Assembly (NCBI GenBank): GCA_032718475.1
Contig: JAUCBJ010007213.1
Span: 1 to 36,841, forward strand
DNA length: 36,841 bases
Reading direction: 5' to 3'
Origin: Nemertoderma westbladi
Lineage: Eukaryota; Animalia; Xenacoelomorpha
The notes below the pieces were generated by a model. It was not told the DNA's origin. It saw nothing but the letters and a program-made list of their open reading frames with translations, and did not search any database. This document shows positions 13,401 through 24,419 of the stretch, piece after piece. Position 1 is the stretch's first letter. Each line of letters begins with the position of its first letter. A program made the position numbers and the translations under genes.

Positions 13401-13911
13401 AGGGAAGTTCGGTAAAAATACAGCTATTGCAGAGAAAACTTGGTTCAAGATTGTTTCTGGTGGAGAATAAATTACTGCGTTTCCTACGGTAACATTTTAA
13501 ATGTACAAATGTGTCACAACTCTCGCATTGGACGATCTTACTCCGCGAGTTTGTTCCTCGTTGACAGACGGGACAGTTGATCTTCGGGGCCCGCGTCCTG
13601 CTGGGTCCTGGGTTGGTCTCAATATCCCCAGCCAGAGACAGTAGACAGAGTTTAGCGATTAGGCCTCTAGATCGTGGAGAGGAGACCCAAGATCTTCTTC
13701 CCCGACGAGAGCAGTAGAGGCTAAATCCACTCGTCGACCACATCTCCGTCGATTCGGCGCGGCAGTTCGAAACGGTAGCGACAGGGTGTTCCGCAAACCA
13801 GTCCAATACGGGTATTGGGTGGGTTGCAGGGTTACCCCGCGGATCGGATGGTTCTGCCACAACGAAACGACCCAGAACGATGAAAACTGTGGAGATTAAG
13901 AGCGGGGACAT
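10414..13911 (-). CDS. LINE polyprotein: leader - 2A-like motif - PHD finger - APE endonuclease - reverse transcriptase (1165 aa)
   Basis: CPVC..CESC..H..C..CNSC (PHD); HLNARSL, ISETWL, GDFN, LDH, SDH (APE); [40 protein letters not shown] (RT). Confidence 0.97.
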   Translation of the reverse strand: MSPLLISTVFIVLGRFVVAEPSDPRGNPATHPIPVLDWFAEHPVATVSNCRAESTEMWSTSGFSLYCSRRGRRSWVSSPRSRGLIAKLCLLSLAGDIETNPGPSRTRAPKINCPVCQRGTNSRSKIVQCESCDTFVHLKCYRRKRSNLFSTRNNLEPSFLCNSCIFTELPFHDTILESETDDSFLTSPLQTPSDAESETFNFFKKKGLHFLHLNARSLLRKLSEIRILINKSNPAVLTISETWLDDSVSDGEIYIDNYVVLRKDRDRHGGGVCTYIRCDLAFNRREDLETCDEVLLVELLLPKTKPILIGTLYRPPKQSDFLQNFENTILCNLRSDCEIYFLGDFNICYHHKASPICKQYQSILNLFGLKQIIRDSTRITSKTSTLLDHILCNNTDIISQSGVLPIGLSDHFIVFCTRKTQKSFFGDHKTVTVRSMKNYSKERFLSLLVNSDWEPCFKAADINLAYTVFKDIFLKALDTVAPIKEISLKQRTEPWMTSGILSNIRERDNYLYKFRKYRVLADYNNYCKYRNLVQREIKKAKSEYLYNKISENKDNPKSLWSTLKSLGYKNLKSKSNIVLQDNGELIHDHTLVSNLFNNYFTNVASNLVKKLPLSSNKYSIGSETLNNFYLEKLQNSEKLFLKPVSEDFVFKNLLSLSASKSTGLDLIPARFLKDGAEVLKVPITFIINYSIVDNVVPDELKLAKVVPLYKKNSKVEPCNYRPVSILSIVSKILERSVFLQLEAHLSRLNLIYELQSGFRKSYSTDTCLINLTDTIRCNNAKGLYTGMVMLDLQKAFDTVDHEILLGKLGLMGVGSIDWFKSYLSDRGQTVVISKSQSTVQEITCGVPQGSILGPLLFVCYVNDMISSIDPDFKLILYADDSALIFSHKDPIHISQKLSAVLESCNEWLVDNKLSIHYGKTESILFGSKRKLKKVTKFEVTSNGHKIENKKEVKYLGATLDNCLSGESTVKNIFSKVNSRLRFLYRNKNSLNTDSRKLLCSSLIQCHMDYACSSWYEGLTKQLKCKLQVAQNKVVRFIKDYKPRHHLTPDDFSESGLLNLDSRVKQLRLNHVHKVYNGKCPNYLKQKFNRVRDTHSYSTRASASNFYLPNCKSFESDTFFFNGIKNWNALPNEIKNLNNQHSFKSAVKSHLRVQCKNRYNSPTVSY
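13603..13680 (-). other. 2A-like (StopGo) ribosomal recoding peptide
   Basis: [24 protein letters not shown]|P matches the D(V/I)ExNPG|P consensus, preceded by a Leu-rich helix. Confidence 0.85.
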
Positions 13912-14057
13912 TGTGCTGTCTGGCTGTAGTCTGACTCAGGGATAAAAACTGTATAGGCCTAGTACCGGTATCTTTCTTGGTCTTATTGTCGGCAGGCCTA
14001 CAGCTTATACGTGAGATTAATGATTTATTTGGGTTCATCTGATAGGCTAAGGTTCTT

Positions 14058-15242
14058 CTAAGGTTGCGTTCTCCCATCGCTTATTGTGGTGGTGCCTTTC
14101 GATACTTTTTGTGGTTGCATTGTCCCATCACTAACTGTTGTGGTGCCTTGCGATTCTGTTTGTGGTTGCGTTCTCCCATCGCTTATTGTGGTGGTGCCTT
14201 TCGATACTTTTTGTGGTTGCGTTGTCCCATCACTTATTGTGGTGGTGCCTTTCGATACTTTTTGTGGTTGCATTGTCCCATCACTAACTGTTGTGGTGCC
14301 TTGCGATTCTGTTTGTGGTTGCGTTCTCCCATCGCTTATTGTGGTGGTGCTTTTCGATACTTTTTGTGGTTGCGTTGTCCCATCGCTTATTGTGGTGGTG
14401 CCTTTCGATACTTTTTGTGGTTGCATTGTCCCATCACTAACTGTTGTGGTGCCTTGCGATTCTGTTTGTGGTTGCGTTCTCCCATCGATTATTGCGGTGG
14501 TGCCTTTCGATACTTTTTGTGGTTGCATTGTCCCATCGCTTATTGTGGTGGTGCCTTTCGATACTTTTTGTGGTTGCATTGTCCCATCACTAACTGTTGT
14601 GGTGCCTTTCGATACTTTTTGTGGTTGCATTGTCCCATCGCTTATTGTGGTGGTGCCTTGCGATTCTGCTTGTGGTTGCGTTGTTGCAACGCTGGCAGTT
14701 GTTTTAACTGGCGAAAACGGCGGAAGGCTCCAGTCGATGAGGCCATCTTTCTGCCTATTGGTCGTGAAGTATTCCATCCATTCAAGTTCTCCCAAACCTT
14801 CGCAAACAATACAGCATCTTAGTTGGCAGTTTAGCTTGTAAACGTCAATCTCAGGTATAGAAGATTCAATTGTTGAAACTGTTCGATCCTTCACGGGACC
14901 TTCGGTTTTAGAATTGGTGGTACAAACAGCTTCATTCTGTTGGGTACATGCCGGAGTACCTTTCACGCATACGGTCGTTTTGGAGTATGCCAGGGTTTTA
15001 GACGCGAAGGAACTTCGGCTATATACTCCTGTGGTCTGTGTATCTATTATGGCGCAGGTATCGCAGTCGTTCATTGAGGTTCCTGCATTTACTTCGAAAT
15101 CCTTTTGGTTCAATATCGGAATTTCAGCAATTATTTGTGAAACGGTCCTGTCATCTTGGCAAGTTACCTGCGTTGTTCCGGTAATCTGCGATGCAATGAA
15201 TGCAAGGAAGGCTATGAGCGAAGTGGCAGCGCTTACCTCCAT
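14058..15242 (-). CDS. Secreted or cell-surface mucin-like protein (signal peptide, 10-Cys domain, 15-aa S/T/Q repeats), truncated by the LINE
   Basis: Signal-like N-terminus MEVSAATSLIAFLAFIASQITG; Cys pattern ending CQLRCCIVC; ~14 repeats; the stop TAG (14060-14058) lies inside the LINE 5' end. Confidence 0.85.
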   Translation of the reverse strand: MEVSAATSLIAFLAFIASQITGTTQVTCQDDRTVSQIIAEIPILNQKDFEVNAGTSMNDCDTCAIIDTQTTGVYSRSSFASKTLAYSKTTVCVKGTPACTQQNEAVCTTNSKTEGPVKDRTVSTIESSIPEIDVYKLNCQLRCCIVCEGLGELEWMEYFTTNRQKDGLIDWSLPPFSPVKTTASVATTQPQAESQGTTTISDGTMQPQKVSKGTTTVSDGTMQPQKVSKGTTTISDGTMQPQKVSKGTTAIIDGRTQPQTESQGTTTVSDGTMQPQKVSKGTTTISDGTTQPQKVSKSTTTISDGRTQPQTESQGTTTVSDGTMQPQKVSKGTTTISDGTTQPQKVSKGTTTISDGRTQPQTESQGTTTVSDGTMQPQKVSKGTTTISDGRTQP

Positions 15243-16208
15243 AGTGAGGCTGAGTTTTAATCAGTAGGTTAGGTTATGATGATAATCAGTTAGGATATTG
15301 AATTATATTGAAAAAATAGAGGCGTTATGTTGAGATTCCTTTAGACTCAAAATATTATGTTTGAGTTTCAAATACAATATATCTTCCAAGATCAATGTCT
15401 CTTACATACATGTCATTATTTTTTTTATCATGAACACTAGAGAAATCCTCTAGAAGTTATACCGCTGAATTATGAATACAGAATTATTAATATTATTATT
15501 ATTTATAATAATTTATTATTATTATTAATTTCATGCTTAAAACTACAAATTATTATACGATTAATATTTGGTTCAAAAAAAAATGAGATGAGTTTAGTCT
15601 CACTCCCAAGCAATCGCATGGCGAGTAGAGCCAGGATGCTCAGGATGAAATTAGAATGGCAAGGGGATTGTGTACAAAGGGGCAGAAAAGGGGGAGGTGG
15701 TAAACGGATTGAGAGGGGAGTGTGAAAAGGTAAGATTATGGACTCGCTATGGAGAATCGGGAAGCCTGGTAGGATCTCATCCATTGTCCGAGCTCGCTCG
15801 CCCTAGTAGTAGTTGTAGTAGTGGTAGTATTTATTCACATAGTAGTATTTACTCACACATATAGGCGTATAAATTTTAAACTATGGAAAATACATTTTCC
15901 GTAATAATACATTTCCTGTGTTGACAGATATGTGTATAATATATTACAGTACATGTCAACTACATGACTACTACTGTATACATCTGGCCGCACTAATATT
16001 ATCACTAAATGTATGTACACCTTTCGAAATGTCAGTTACTCATCTCGGCTGTGGTATCTTGCTATTTCCCAACCAATTTCGCAACCTTTGTTCGCACAAA
16101 CTGTACACATTATACCATCCTACTGTATCCCACTGTTCAACAGGAGGCTACTGTGTGTGTGTGACTGACTGACTGCTGTACTGACTGTTTCTGTTTAAGT
16201 GATATAAG

Positions 16209-16741
16209 TTGATAATGCCGAGATGTATAAATTGCTGCAATGTCTTTTCGAAGTTGTCTTGCAATAGTTTATGTTCCAGATGTAAAGATGCCCTATTAGC
16301 AGCACCCGCTAACACCGCGAGCCAACAGGGAGGGTGCGGGGTGGCTCCGGTTCCATCTCAAGACCGACCTCCAGTACATGTATCGATAGTTTCAACCCAG
16401 CAGCGACTCGGAATAGTGTTGCCGAAGACATGTAATGTTAGTTCCTGTAATGCCCCAGTAGGTATTGGAACTACTTACCAGTAATAGTCATTCTCCACCC
16501 AAAGCCAACAATGCTGCAAAAAAAGCAACACCAGCCTGGGCGATAAAAATCCTGGATTCGACCACGAGATTAGAATCACAGCTTCAGTTGGTTCAGACAC
16601 AAATGACTCTTCTAAACAACTGATTAATCGGAGTGGAAGCTGAGAATAAACAGCTACGAATAGAATTCAGGGACATTAACATGATAAATGTTGCCTTGGA
16701 AACCAGGATGGATAAGCGTGAGGAGGTGAATGGATCCTTTA
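16209..16741 (+). mobile_element. Decayed LINE ORF1, 5' part
   Basis: CxxC..CxxC N-terminus, then coiled-coil-like VEAENKQLRIEF..LETRMDKRE; continues after the insert at 18350. Confidence 0.5.
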
Positions 16742-18349
16742 CCCTATTACCACTGGGGGGGGGGGGGGGGGGGGGGGGGGGGCGAATCGGCCCATTCCTA
16801 GTTTTTAGTTGCTGTAACTATGCAACCACATTACGTACCGGCCCAATTTTTATTGAGAATTAGCCAAATTTAATCCCGCATCTTTTGCAAAAAACCACGT
16901 TGCAATTGGATTTCTACTTTTCGATGTGGGTGCCACCTCAAAATTTGGTCTCCAGCACCAAATTTTTTGAAATTTTCGAATTTTACAAAGTAATTCGTGA
17001 TTTAGTAATTATTTATGTTTGGGCTATTTTTATTTATTTTTATTGGTTTGGATCTCTGTAATGCTCTATACAAGTATGTAAGTGTAGTGGTACGTCAGTT
17101 TTGGAGCACCAAAATTAGGGCGTGGCACTTTAAAATTTCAAGATTACTTTATTCGGAAAATTGACTAAAGTTTTGATTTCGAAGCATTTTTATTCGTTTT
17201 CTGGAGCGCTCAATCGATTGAAAGTAATATAGAAGCCTGAAGACTTAGTGGTTCGCCATTTTTGGTGCACCAAAATTAGGGCGTGGCACTTCAAATTTTG
17301 TAAAATACAAGATTCGGAAAATACACTAAAGTTTTGATTTGCAAAGCATTTTTCTAGGTTTTGTGGAGCGCTGAATCGATTGAAAGTAATATAGAAGCCT
17401 GGAGACTTAGTGGTTTGCCATTTTTGGTGCACCAAAATTAGGGCGTGGCACTTCAAATTTTGAAAAATACGAGATTCGGAAAATGCACTAAAGTTTTGAT
17501 TTCAAAGCATTTTTATAGGTTTTCTGGAGCGCTGAATCGATTGAAAGTAATATAGAAGCCTCAAATCCTTGATGTACGTAATTTTCGGTGCACCAATATT
17601 AGGGCGTGGCACTTCAAATTTTCAAAATTACTTTATTCGGAAAAAAAACAAAAGTTTGGATTTCATAAAATGGCTAACCTATAAGTCTTCAGGCTTCTAT
17701 ATTACTTTCAATCGATTCAACGGTCTAGTAAACCTGTAGAAATGCGTTAAAATTCCAATTTTGGTTTATTTTCGGAATCTCGTATTTTTCAAAATTTGAA
17801 GTGCCACGCCCTAATTTTGGTGCACCAAAAATGGCGAATCACTAAGTCTTCAGGCTTCTATATTACTTTCAATCGATACAGCGGCCCAGAAAACCTATAA
17901 AGATGCGTTGAAATAAAAAATTATGGGCATTTTCTGAATATCAAATTTTTCAAAATTTGAAGTGCCACGCCCACTTCTTAGGTGCACGAAAAATAGCATC
18001 CACGTCAATTTTTGGAAATGGAATATAATCATATTCGATTCAACGTCTTGAAAAACCTACTAAATCAAGCCAACACTGCCACACTATTAGTTTTTAGAAA
18101 ACGAAAAAAATTTGGTAATTTTGTCCTGGGACTACTTTTATTTTTCATCAAAATTATGATTCCCTGCTTATGAAATTTTAACTTTTTAAGGTTTGGTAGT
18201 GTTCATCTATAGTTGTTTCACCAACAGCCCAAATTTTGTAGGATTTCATTGGACGATTACAAAAATATAGTGGGTGGGCCGAATCGCCCCCCCCCCCCCC
18301 CCCCCCCCCCAGTGGTGCTAATGGTCAAAACACCCCAGTGGTAATAGGC
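16742..18349. mobile_element. Non-autonomous TIR element, piggyBac-like (TTAA site), 1.6 kb
   Basis: TTTA|CCCTATTACCACTGGGG ... CCCCAGTGGTAATAGGC|TTAA; subterminal poly-G/poly-C; no transposase ORF. Confidence 0.8.
17090..17990. repeat. Internal ~161-bp repeats: 4 direct and 2 inverted
   Basis: attagggcgtggcactt at 17114, 17275, 17437, 17598; reverse-complement aagtgccacgccc near 17800 and 17960. Confidence 0.9.
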
Positions 18350-19800
18350 TTAAAGCGTAGTTCCGCGAACCACCAACAGTTTTCCGAGTCAATTGACAGA
18401 AGTATGCGTGCCCACAACTTAATTGGTCGAAAACGAATCATTAGGAGATGCAGAAGACGATTTAGCAAAATTCGACCTTATATTCGAAAAGTCTTCGGGG
18501 ATAAGGGATTCGAAAAATATCGAAAAGTCATCGGCGTATCGGTTCTGTGAACAATCTTCAACCTGGACCAATCATAATAACACTTGGTGCCTCAGCTCCA
18601 GACCACAAGGAAATTCTAACTTATTCAAAGTTACTAAAGAAGACCGCAGTTTGTGAGAAGGTTTACCTAAAAGCAGACATCCATCTTGCAGTCCGCATGG
18701 AATAAAAGCGACTGCATGAAGTTGAAGCGAAGGAAAAGGATAGTGGAGTCAACATAGGATGGAATGTCACTTATAACTTTAAATCCCAGTCAGTTCTTAT
18801 CGATGGCCAGCCAATTGACTCCTTTAATCCGTTTGTTTATACTTACACCGCAAGATCACTTTTACAAATTTAGCAATCGTGGAATATTGGCGGTATTCGT
18901 GAAAAATACAAACTTCCTACAGTCAAGAAACTCTTCTCTAAATATTATATGGTCTTTATTCAGGAATTAAAACTGTACTATAATTTCAAGGTGAATGGTT
19001 TTGAGGGGTATCGCATCTTTTTAGGGAATGATAGTCGCAATGGAGTAACTGTGATACTATTACATCATGAATTTGTTTCACCTGGAATTAAAAATCGTAG
19101 AGGAAATGGATTATGTCGGATCCAATTACCTGATTTCCCATCAGTTATCTTTATCTTTTTATATGACCCACCTAGCTCATCACTCTATTCAACTCCTGCC
19201 ACTCTGGCTAAACTGCAATCAGGTATTATTAATAGCCCACAATGGATGTCGTTCATTGTAGCAGGGGACCCAAATGCTCGGATGGGAGATCTATCGCATA
19301 TGTCTGATCATCTCATTTCTTACCAAACTCCGGATAACATAATATGTAATAGTCATGGGAAGAATTTCATTCAGTTGTGCAAATTATCTAATCTTGTGAA
19401 TCTAAGTTACTCGACTATAGCAGGAAGGATACATGGTGCGATGGTGGACAACTAACTTTTAGGCAGAAATCAGGTTTTATCAGTCAGTCTGATCGATGCC
19501 TGGCTAACAGACAAATCGCCACATCTATTACAAAATTCGATGTCATCTTAGAAAATTTACCATCAAATCATTCACCCTTAGAGAATGCACCCTTAGAAAT
19601 ATTAATCAACTTGGAGAATGAAATCAATTTGGTTTTACTAGAGCAAAGCGCGATCTTGTTGGGTTGTTATAACCACGTATCGAGTGATGAAGGCACTAAA
19701 TGCAGGAAAGGTATCAAAACCAACACTCTATGTAAGGACATTATTCAATAATTGTTCACAGAGGACAACCCTCATATCATCGTCACTTTGGTAGAATATT
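18350..19800 (+). mobile_element. Decayed LINE: ORF1 3' part and ORF2 APE endonuclease
   Basis: SIDRSMRAHNLI (ORF1-type); NGVTVILL, LYDPPSSS, VAGDPNAR, NSHGKNFIQLC, SNHSPL (APE motifs); frameshifted. Confidence 0.75.
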
Positions 19801-20430
19801 TCACCAACCATATTATTCTCGGTAAAATTTATTAATTATTAAAAATTATTACATTCTTGGTTATTACTTATCGAATATCACCATATATTGGTTTATTTAA
19901 ATAATCACCCACAGTCAAAAGTAAAATGAAACCAATATATATATTTCCCCACTTTATCCTAAACTTGCGATCTAATGATAGGCCTACTCACCCTCACTTC
20001 AACTTCATATACTAACGTTTACCAATCTCAATGCTCGCCTTTGTGCTTTACTCACCTTTATTCTGTTAGAATTCGTCTCTTGGCCATTATTTTATACTAA
20101 CCTTTATTTAACGATATGATAAATTCACTCCAGATGTGAGGTTATTTGTTTAATGAACTGTTACTTACCATGTCGTTATATTGATGCCGTTATTAACCTG
20201 GGGACCTGTGAAAATTAATTTAATATAATATATTAAAAATCATCCTGATTCTTTTACGTGATATTAAATTGATTATATTCATGTAGTAAAAATAATGTTG
20301 CGTAATCCTACAAATTTATCATATTATAACAATAATATAATTTCTCGCTTTAATTTTCCTGTTAAAATTGATCATAAGAATATCATTTTTCGTAAGACGA
20401 TAAATGCCTGCCACTATTAAATAACATTAT

Positions 20431-21038
20431 TTTATTCCAAAATTCTAACATTACTCAACGCCGTTAGTATTAACAGCGAGTTGTTATTTAGCACTTTACA
20501 ACCTTAGATGACAATACAGCATTGTATTGGCCTGTACAATTAGTATTGTAGTGGGTGTTGTAATGTCCCATGTTTATGTAGTACTGTAACCAATGACGGC
20601 GAGCTGAAAATTACGGCGTCAATGGTTACCACTTAAACAATAGGTGGAAATTAGAGATAGGATAGTAGATAGGCCTACTGCGATACCTACCGGTAGACGG
20701 GGTATAGCTACTGTATTAATAACCAATAGGGCCTAGCTATGTATATTATTATAACATGGCTCCAAACGCCGCCATAAATATAAGCTAACTTATTTATGAC
20801 ATAATTTATGTCACTTTTACATTTAATTATACAGCAATTAATTTAAGTTGCACAGTTTCTATCACTTATAATATATATACAATCATTTCGTAATGTTAAA
20901 ATTTTGGAATAAAACTACATACATACTTGTTGCAAAGTACTTTACAGTTTTCTGATCCTCGTGGCTTTATTTTGTCTTTTTTGTATTTTATAATGGCTAT
21001 TCTTTACTCACTAACGCTCGTTCGTGTAATAAAGCCAT
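20431..21038 (+). repeat. Diverged duplicated segment, copy 2 (paralog of 3459-3993)
   Basis: Collinear shared blocks with 3459-3993. Confidence 0.9.
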
Positions 21039-21060
21039 TCGGATCATCACACTGTAAAGT
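20939..21060. mobile_element. Small hairpin MITE-like element
   Basis: Imperfect inverted ends actttacagt..tgatcc..tggctttatt / aataaagcca..ggatca..actgtaaagt; truncated copy at ~3918-3993. Confidence 0.6.
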
Positions 21061-21127
21061 GCTACTTTACACACAAGTACCGGTATGTAAATAGTTATTA
21101 CTCTCGGTTATAAAGTTGCCGGGCCCG

Positions 21128-21420
21128 CTAAGTAAAGGTAAAGTAAAATTAATATTTTCTTCGGCCATTAGGCCAGGGATTACGCACAAAGTCTGACGAC
21201 TTATTTCCAGTGCGGTCCCCGAAGAACTATACTCCCCAGAGGAAACTCCAGTACTCATTTAGCTACCATTTAAGGATGCAAGGCAGAGATGCGCCATTGC
21301 TATACCCTTCAAAGCATTCGTGCAGAAACGAAAACTGCCCTGGTCCATGCGAGGGTCGAACCCATAACCTCTGGAGAGATGTGAATTCAACTACTAATGC
21401 AACCGCTACACCAATGTGGC
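21128..21420 (-). mobile_element. tRNA-derived SINE
   Basis: Minus strand A box TGGTGTAGCGG, B box GGTTCGACCC, central AAATGAGTAC core-like motif, tail tttactttacctttac. Confidence 0.7.
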
Positions 21421-22321
21421 ACCTTCCAGCACCCATGTGAAGAATACCTGGATTTCACTTTTCGGTCGACTTTTTATTGGAATTTATATATGAAGATTTT
21501 TTATTTTTTTAAATTTATCCTTATTACGTGTTTTATAGCACTTATTTCTATCTTATAACCTGTACATATACTAATTCGTTTATTGTTTTGGTTAGATTCA
21601 GCCCTTCTGTAACCTGTGTTTTTGGTGAAAACCTGGTATTCTTCACATGGGGGAAACTGCAAAGTGAAATATAACGCCAGAAAGATGGGCCACTACCAGT
21701 CCCCCAAGTGAGACGCTACCACTTTTCAACTCGCGAAAGATCGAGAATGACAGAATTCGTTCCTGAAAGTGAAAAATGTCCGAAAGAATCAGTGACTAAT
21801 CCTCTGAATGCAGAGTTCGGTGCAATCACACCAATCGAGAGTGTAATCTGAAATTTGGAAACATTAAGTGGGATAACGGTAGTTGTTTTAAAAAACAACA
21901 AGATCTATGTCGTTACATTTCTGACAATTTTCTCTACGACACATTTGTAACGGATACAAAAGGAGTTAAAATCAAGAGACAATGTGGCCTGAGTCGTCAG
22001 TAACCATCAAAATTACTGTATGTATGAAGGCCAGTAGAATAAGTAACGTGCCTACCTACTTAGTCACATCTTCATGTGATATTATTTAATCGAAATTTGA
22101 AATGGGTGGGTGGTGTCGTGAGTGCAGACTGTGAAGGAACTACAGTATTTGTTGGTCATTAGCTCAGTCCGGCGATTTATTGGGTGCGGTTAATATTAGT
22201 TAGTGCCAGTTGTTTATTGGGTGCAGTTTATGTTAGTTAGTACCAGTTGGTTTAAATATTAAGGATGTGAACAGCACCACATTGTTACAAAATTAGATTT
22301 TGTAATTTTTAATATTTTAAG

Positions 22322-22988
22322 AACTAGAAAAGCCAACAAGCTGGCTATAAGAAGACCGTCCATAGACAAACGTAGTGTAGTTGGGTCCCTCCTCATTGAA
22401 CAGATTTGCTTACCGTCTGCTTACCGCCAGTTCCAGCATGTTATTATGATATAACCTATAAAACATTTGAATGGCCCAGTGCTTAAAATCCAATCAGCTG
22501 GTCTCCCACCTAACATAGCAGTGAGTAACCTTTTAGTGATTCCCATAGGATTCACTTCATTGGGAAGAGCTATCAGCTGACGGGGTTAATACATTACTGA
22601 CTAATAGGTGAGGTTTGCTTACTATCTGGAATAGAGTGAGATTGTAATAAACTTGGCAAGTAATATAATTCTCTGCAGTTTGGGCCTATCCATTCAATCA
22701 ATCGTAGTAGCAGCTTACAAGCCCTCAAGAAAACCTGCAGCTGGTGTTTTTATCATTGAGTGTATTGCAATTTTCGTATTTTGGGCCGATTTTTCGAAAA
22801 AAAAAGACACTTTAATAATATTTTGTGAAACATTTTTTCCACATCCTGGGGTTGAGCTGCGTCGATTGATATAACTTTCATTGGGGAAGAGCTATAGCTT
22901 CGGAGGAGTTCACCCGAAATACATACATACATAGATAGATAGTGAATACTTTTACAGTAAAAAGTCCTAACGGTCTTCTACTAATTAT
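22322..22988 (-). mobile_element. Non-autonomous Helentron-associated element (HINE / DINE-1-like)
   Basis: Subterminal inverted repeats agaagaccgt (22350-22359) / acggtcttct (22970-22979), (TACA)n(TAGA)n tract, terminal hairpin agcca..tggct, and CTAGTT 3' end on the minus strand. Confidence 0.7.
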
Positions 22989-23397
22989 TCGAAATTTGAA
23001 TCCAATAATTTATATTTACCCAACAATGAGTATCAATGTTTAGACAATGACAGTATTATATCAGCTTATATACAGTACTTCTCACAATACAGCTATTTCC
23101 ATAGATGGAATGTTGAGGGGATTAATAAATCAATAAATAAAACATATTTATTAGATGCAACTATGAATATGAATCCGGCGACCCGCTGTTACATAAACAC
23201 TGAAACAGATGTCATAAGAATTGCATCATTGATTTATATATGTAAATATATTATGCAGTACAATGGAACTACTTTAACGACAACACATAATAATTTCGGC
23301 GAATTATTTGTCTTATAATAGTCCGATGGAATTTATACCATGCAATTGCGTCATAATTTTTTAGCCAAGGATAAAAGTCATTATATCTCAAATTAAT

Positions 23398-23803
23398 TAT
23401 ATGATATTCCTGAGGAAATTATTTCAGCAATCAGATCAGTATACGATGGTTCGACAACATTTGTGTCTACTGTTGATGGTGACACAGAACCATTCGAAGT
23501 GTTATGGAGAGTCCTCCAGGGAGACACACTTGCACCATTCTTATTCATAATTGTGTTGACTATGTTGTACGCATATCCTTAGATCATCATAATGATGATG
23601 GGGTGATGGTACCTAAATCTACTGGCTCCAGAAGTCGAGGAAATCCTGTCAATTACCTCTGATCTTTAATTTGCTGACTTAGGAGAACTCTCAGAATCAC
23701 TTACTAGAGGGAGCCCAACTGCTCCTCAGCTCATTGGAACAGGCTGCTTCAAGTATTGGTCTTTTTGTTAACTACAAGAAAACCAACATTTTGACAGTTA
23801 ACA
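23398..23803 (+). mobile_element. Degenerate RTE-clade RT fragment, same family as 35723-36648
   Basis: Long near-identical match to ~36028-36433, with small indels. Confidence 0.92.
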
Positions 23804-24410
23804 TTTAACATTTAATATATTATTTCTCTAAAACATCAATTCTAATATATATTGCACAATATAACTTATTTTAATTTAGTATATTGCAGCTGCAGAGAGG
23901 CAATAGCAATAGTGCTGCTAGTGCAGCCCGACTGCAGCAGCCAGAAGTTAAGGATGGTTGGTGGCGGGAGGGATGGTGGTAGGGTGGGTTGAGGGGTGGG
24001 TTGGTTGGGGGCGGGGCGGGGCGGTGGGGGAGGGAGGAGGGGGGGGGGGGGGGGGGGGGGGGGTGGTGATATTCTAGATTCGAGATATATGTAAGGTTTA
24101 TTTTTTTATTTTGTCAAATTTGTTAATGGCCCACCAGGCTCACATCCAATTGTGTTTTACTGTATGCTGAGCGAAAAGATAAATAGAATTCGTTGTACTG
24201 GACTAATTTTAGAAGATTATATTGTGGATAGCAATTTATTTTTGAAATTTTTTGAAAAATTGGATTTTGACTATTACTTTTGATCTCGGATGGTATGTCA
24301 TTCCAAATCAGAGGCCCTTGAAAGATCATTGATGTGAGGAAGTTAGATCTACAGTTTGGATATTTGAAGTCACCGCGAGTAACAGAGCAAGTAGGGTAGT
24401 TATTTAGGGG
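23804..24410 (-). mobile_element. 3' end of an L2/CR1-group LINE with G-rich UTR tract
   Basis: FQGPLIWNDIPSEIKS is a typical ORF2 C-terminus; terminal hairpin-like ctgcag..ctgcag and short (TTAAATG) tail. Confidence 0.6.
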
Positions 24411-24419
24411 GTTTAGTAG

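Larger units (their letters stand above)
10084..14061 (-). mobile_element. Young L2/CR1-group (Crack/Daphne-like) LINE, 3978 bp
   Basis: Intact ORF, 150-nt 5' leader, 3' UTR stem-loop (10181-10222), AATAAA plus (TCTA)n tail; flanked by GGTT at 10080-10083 and 14062-14065. Confidence 0.93.

Noticed and set aside
14062-14685. Similarity of ISDGxxQ to fungal PIR repeats (DGQIQ)
   Set aside because: The key Gln of DGQ is absent; likely convergent low complexity.
9030-14841. Cys-rich plus-strand ORFs (CGGAFRYFLW.., VVVPFDTFCG..)
   Set aside because: Antisense shadows of the 45-bp repeat; only the minus frame links to a signal peptide.
21596-21900. Possible exon sharing gaaaacctggtatt with the patatin exon
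   Set aside because: The match is only 14 bp and all plus frames close quickly.
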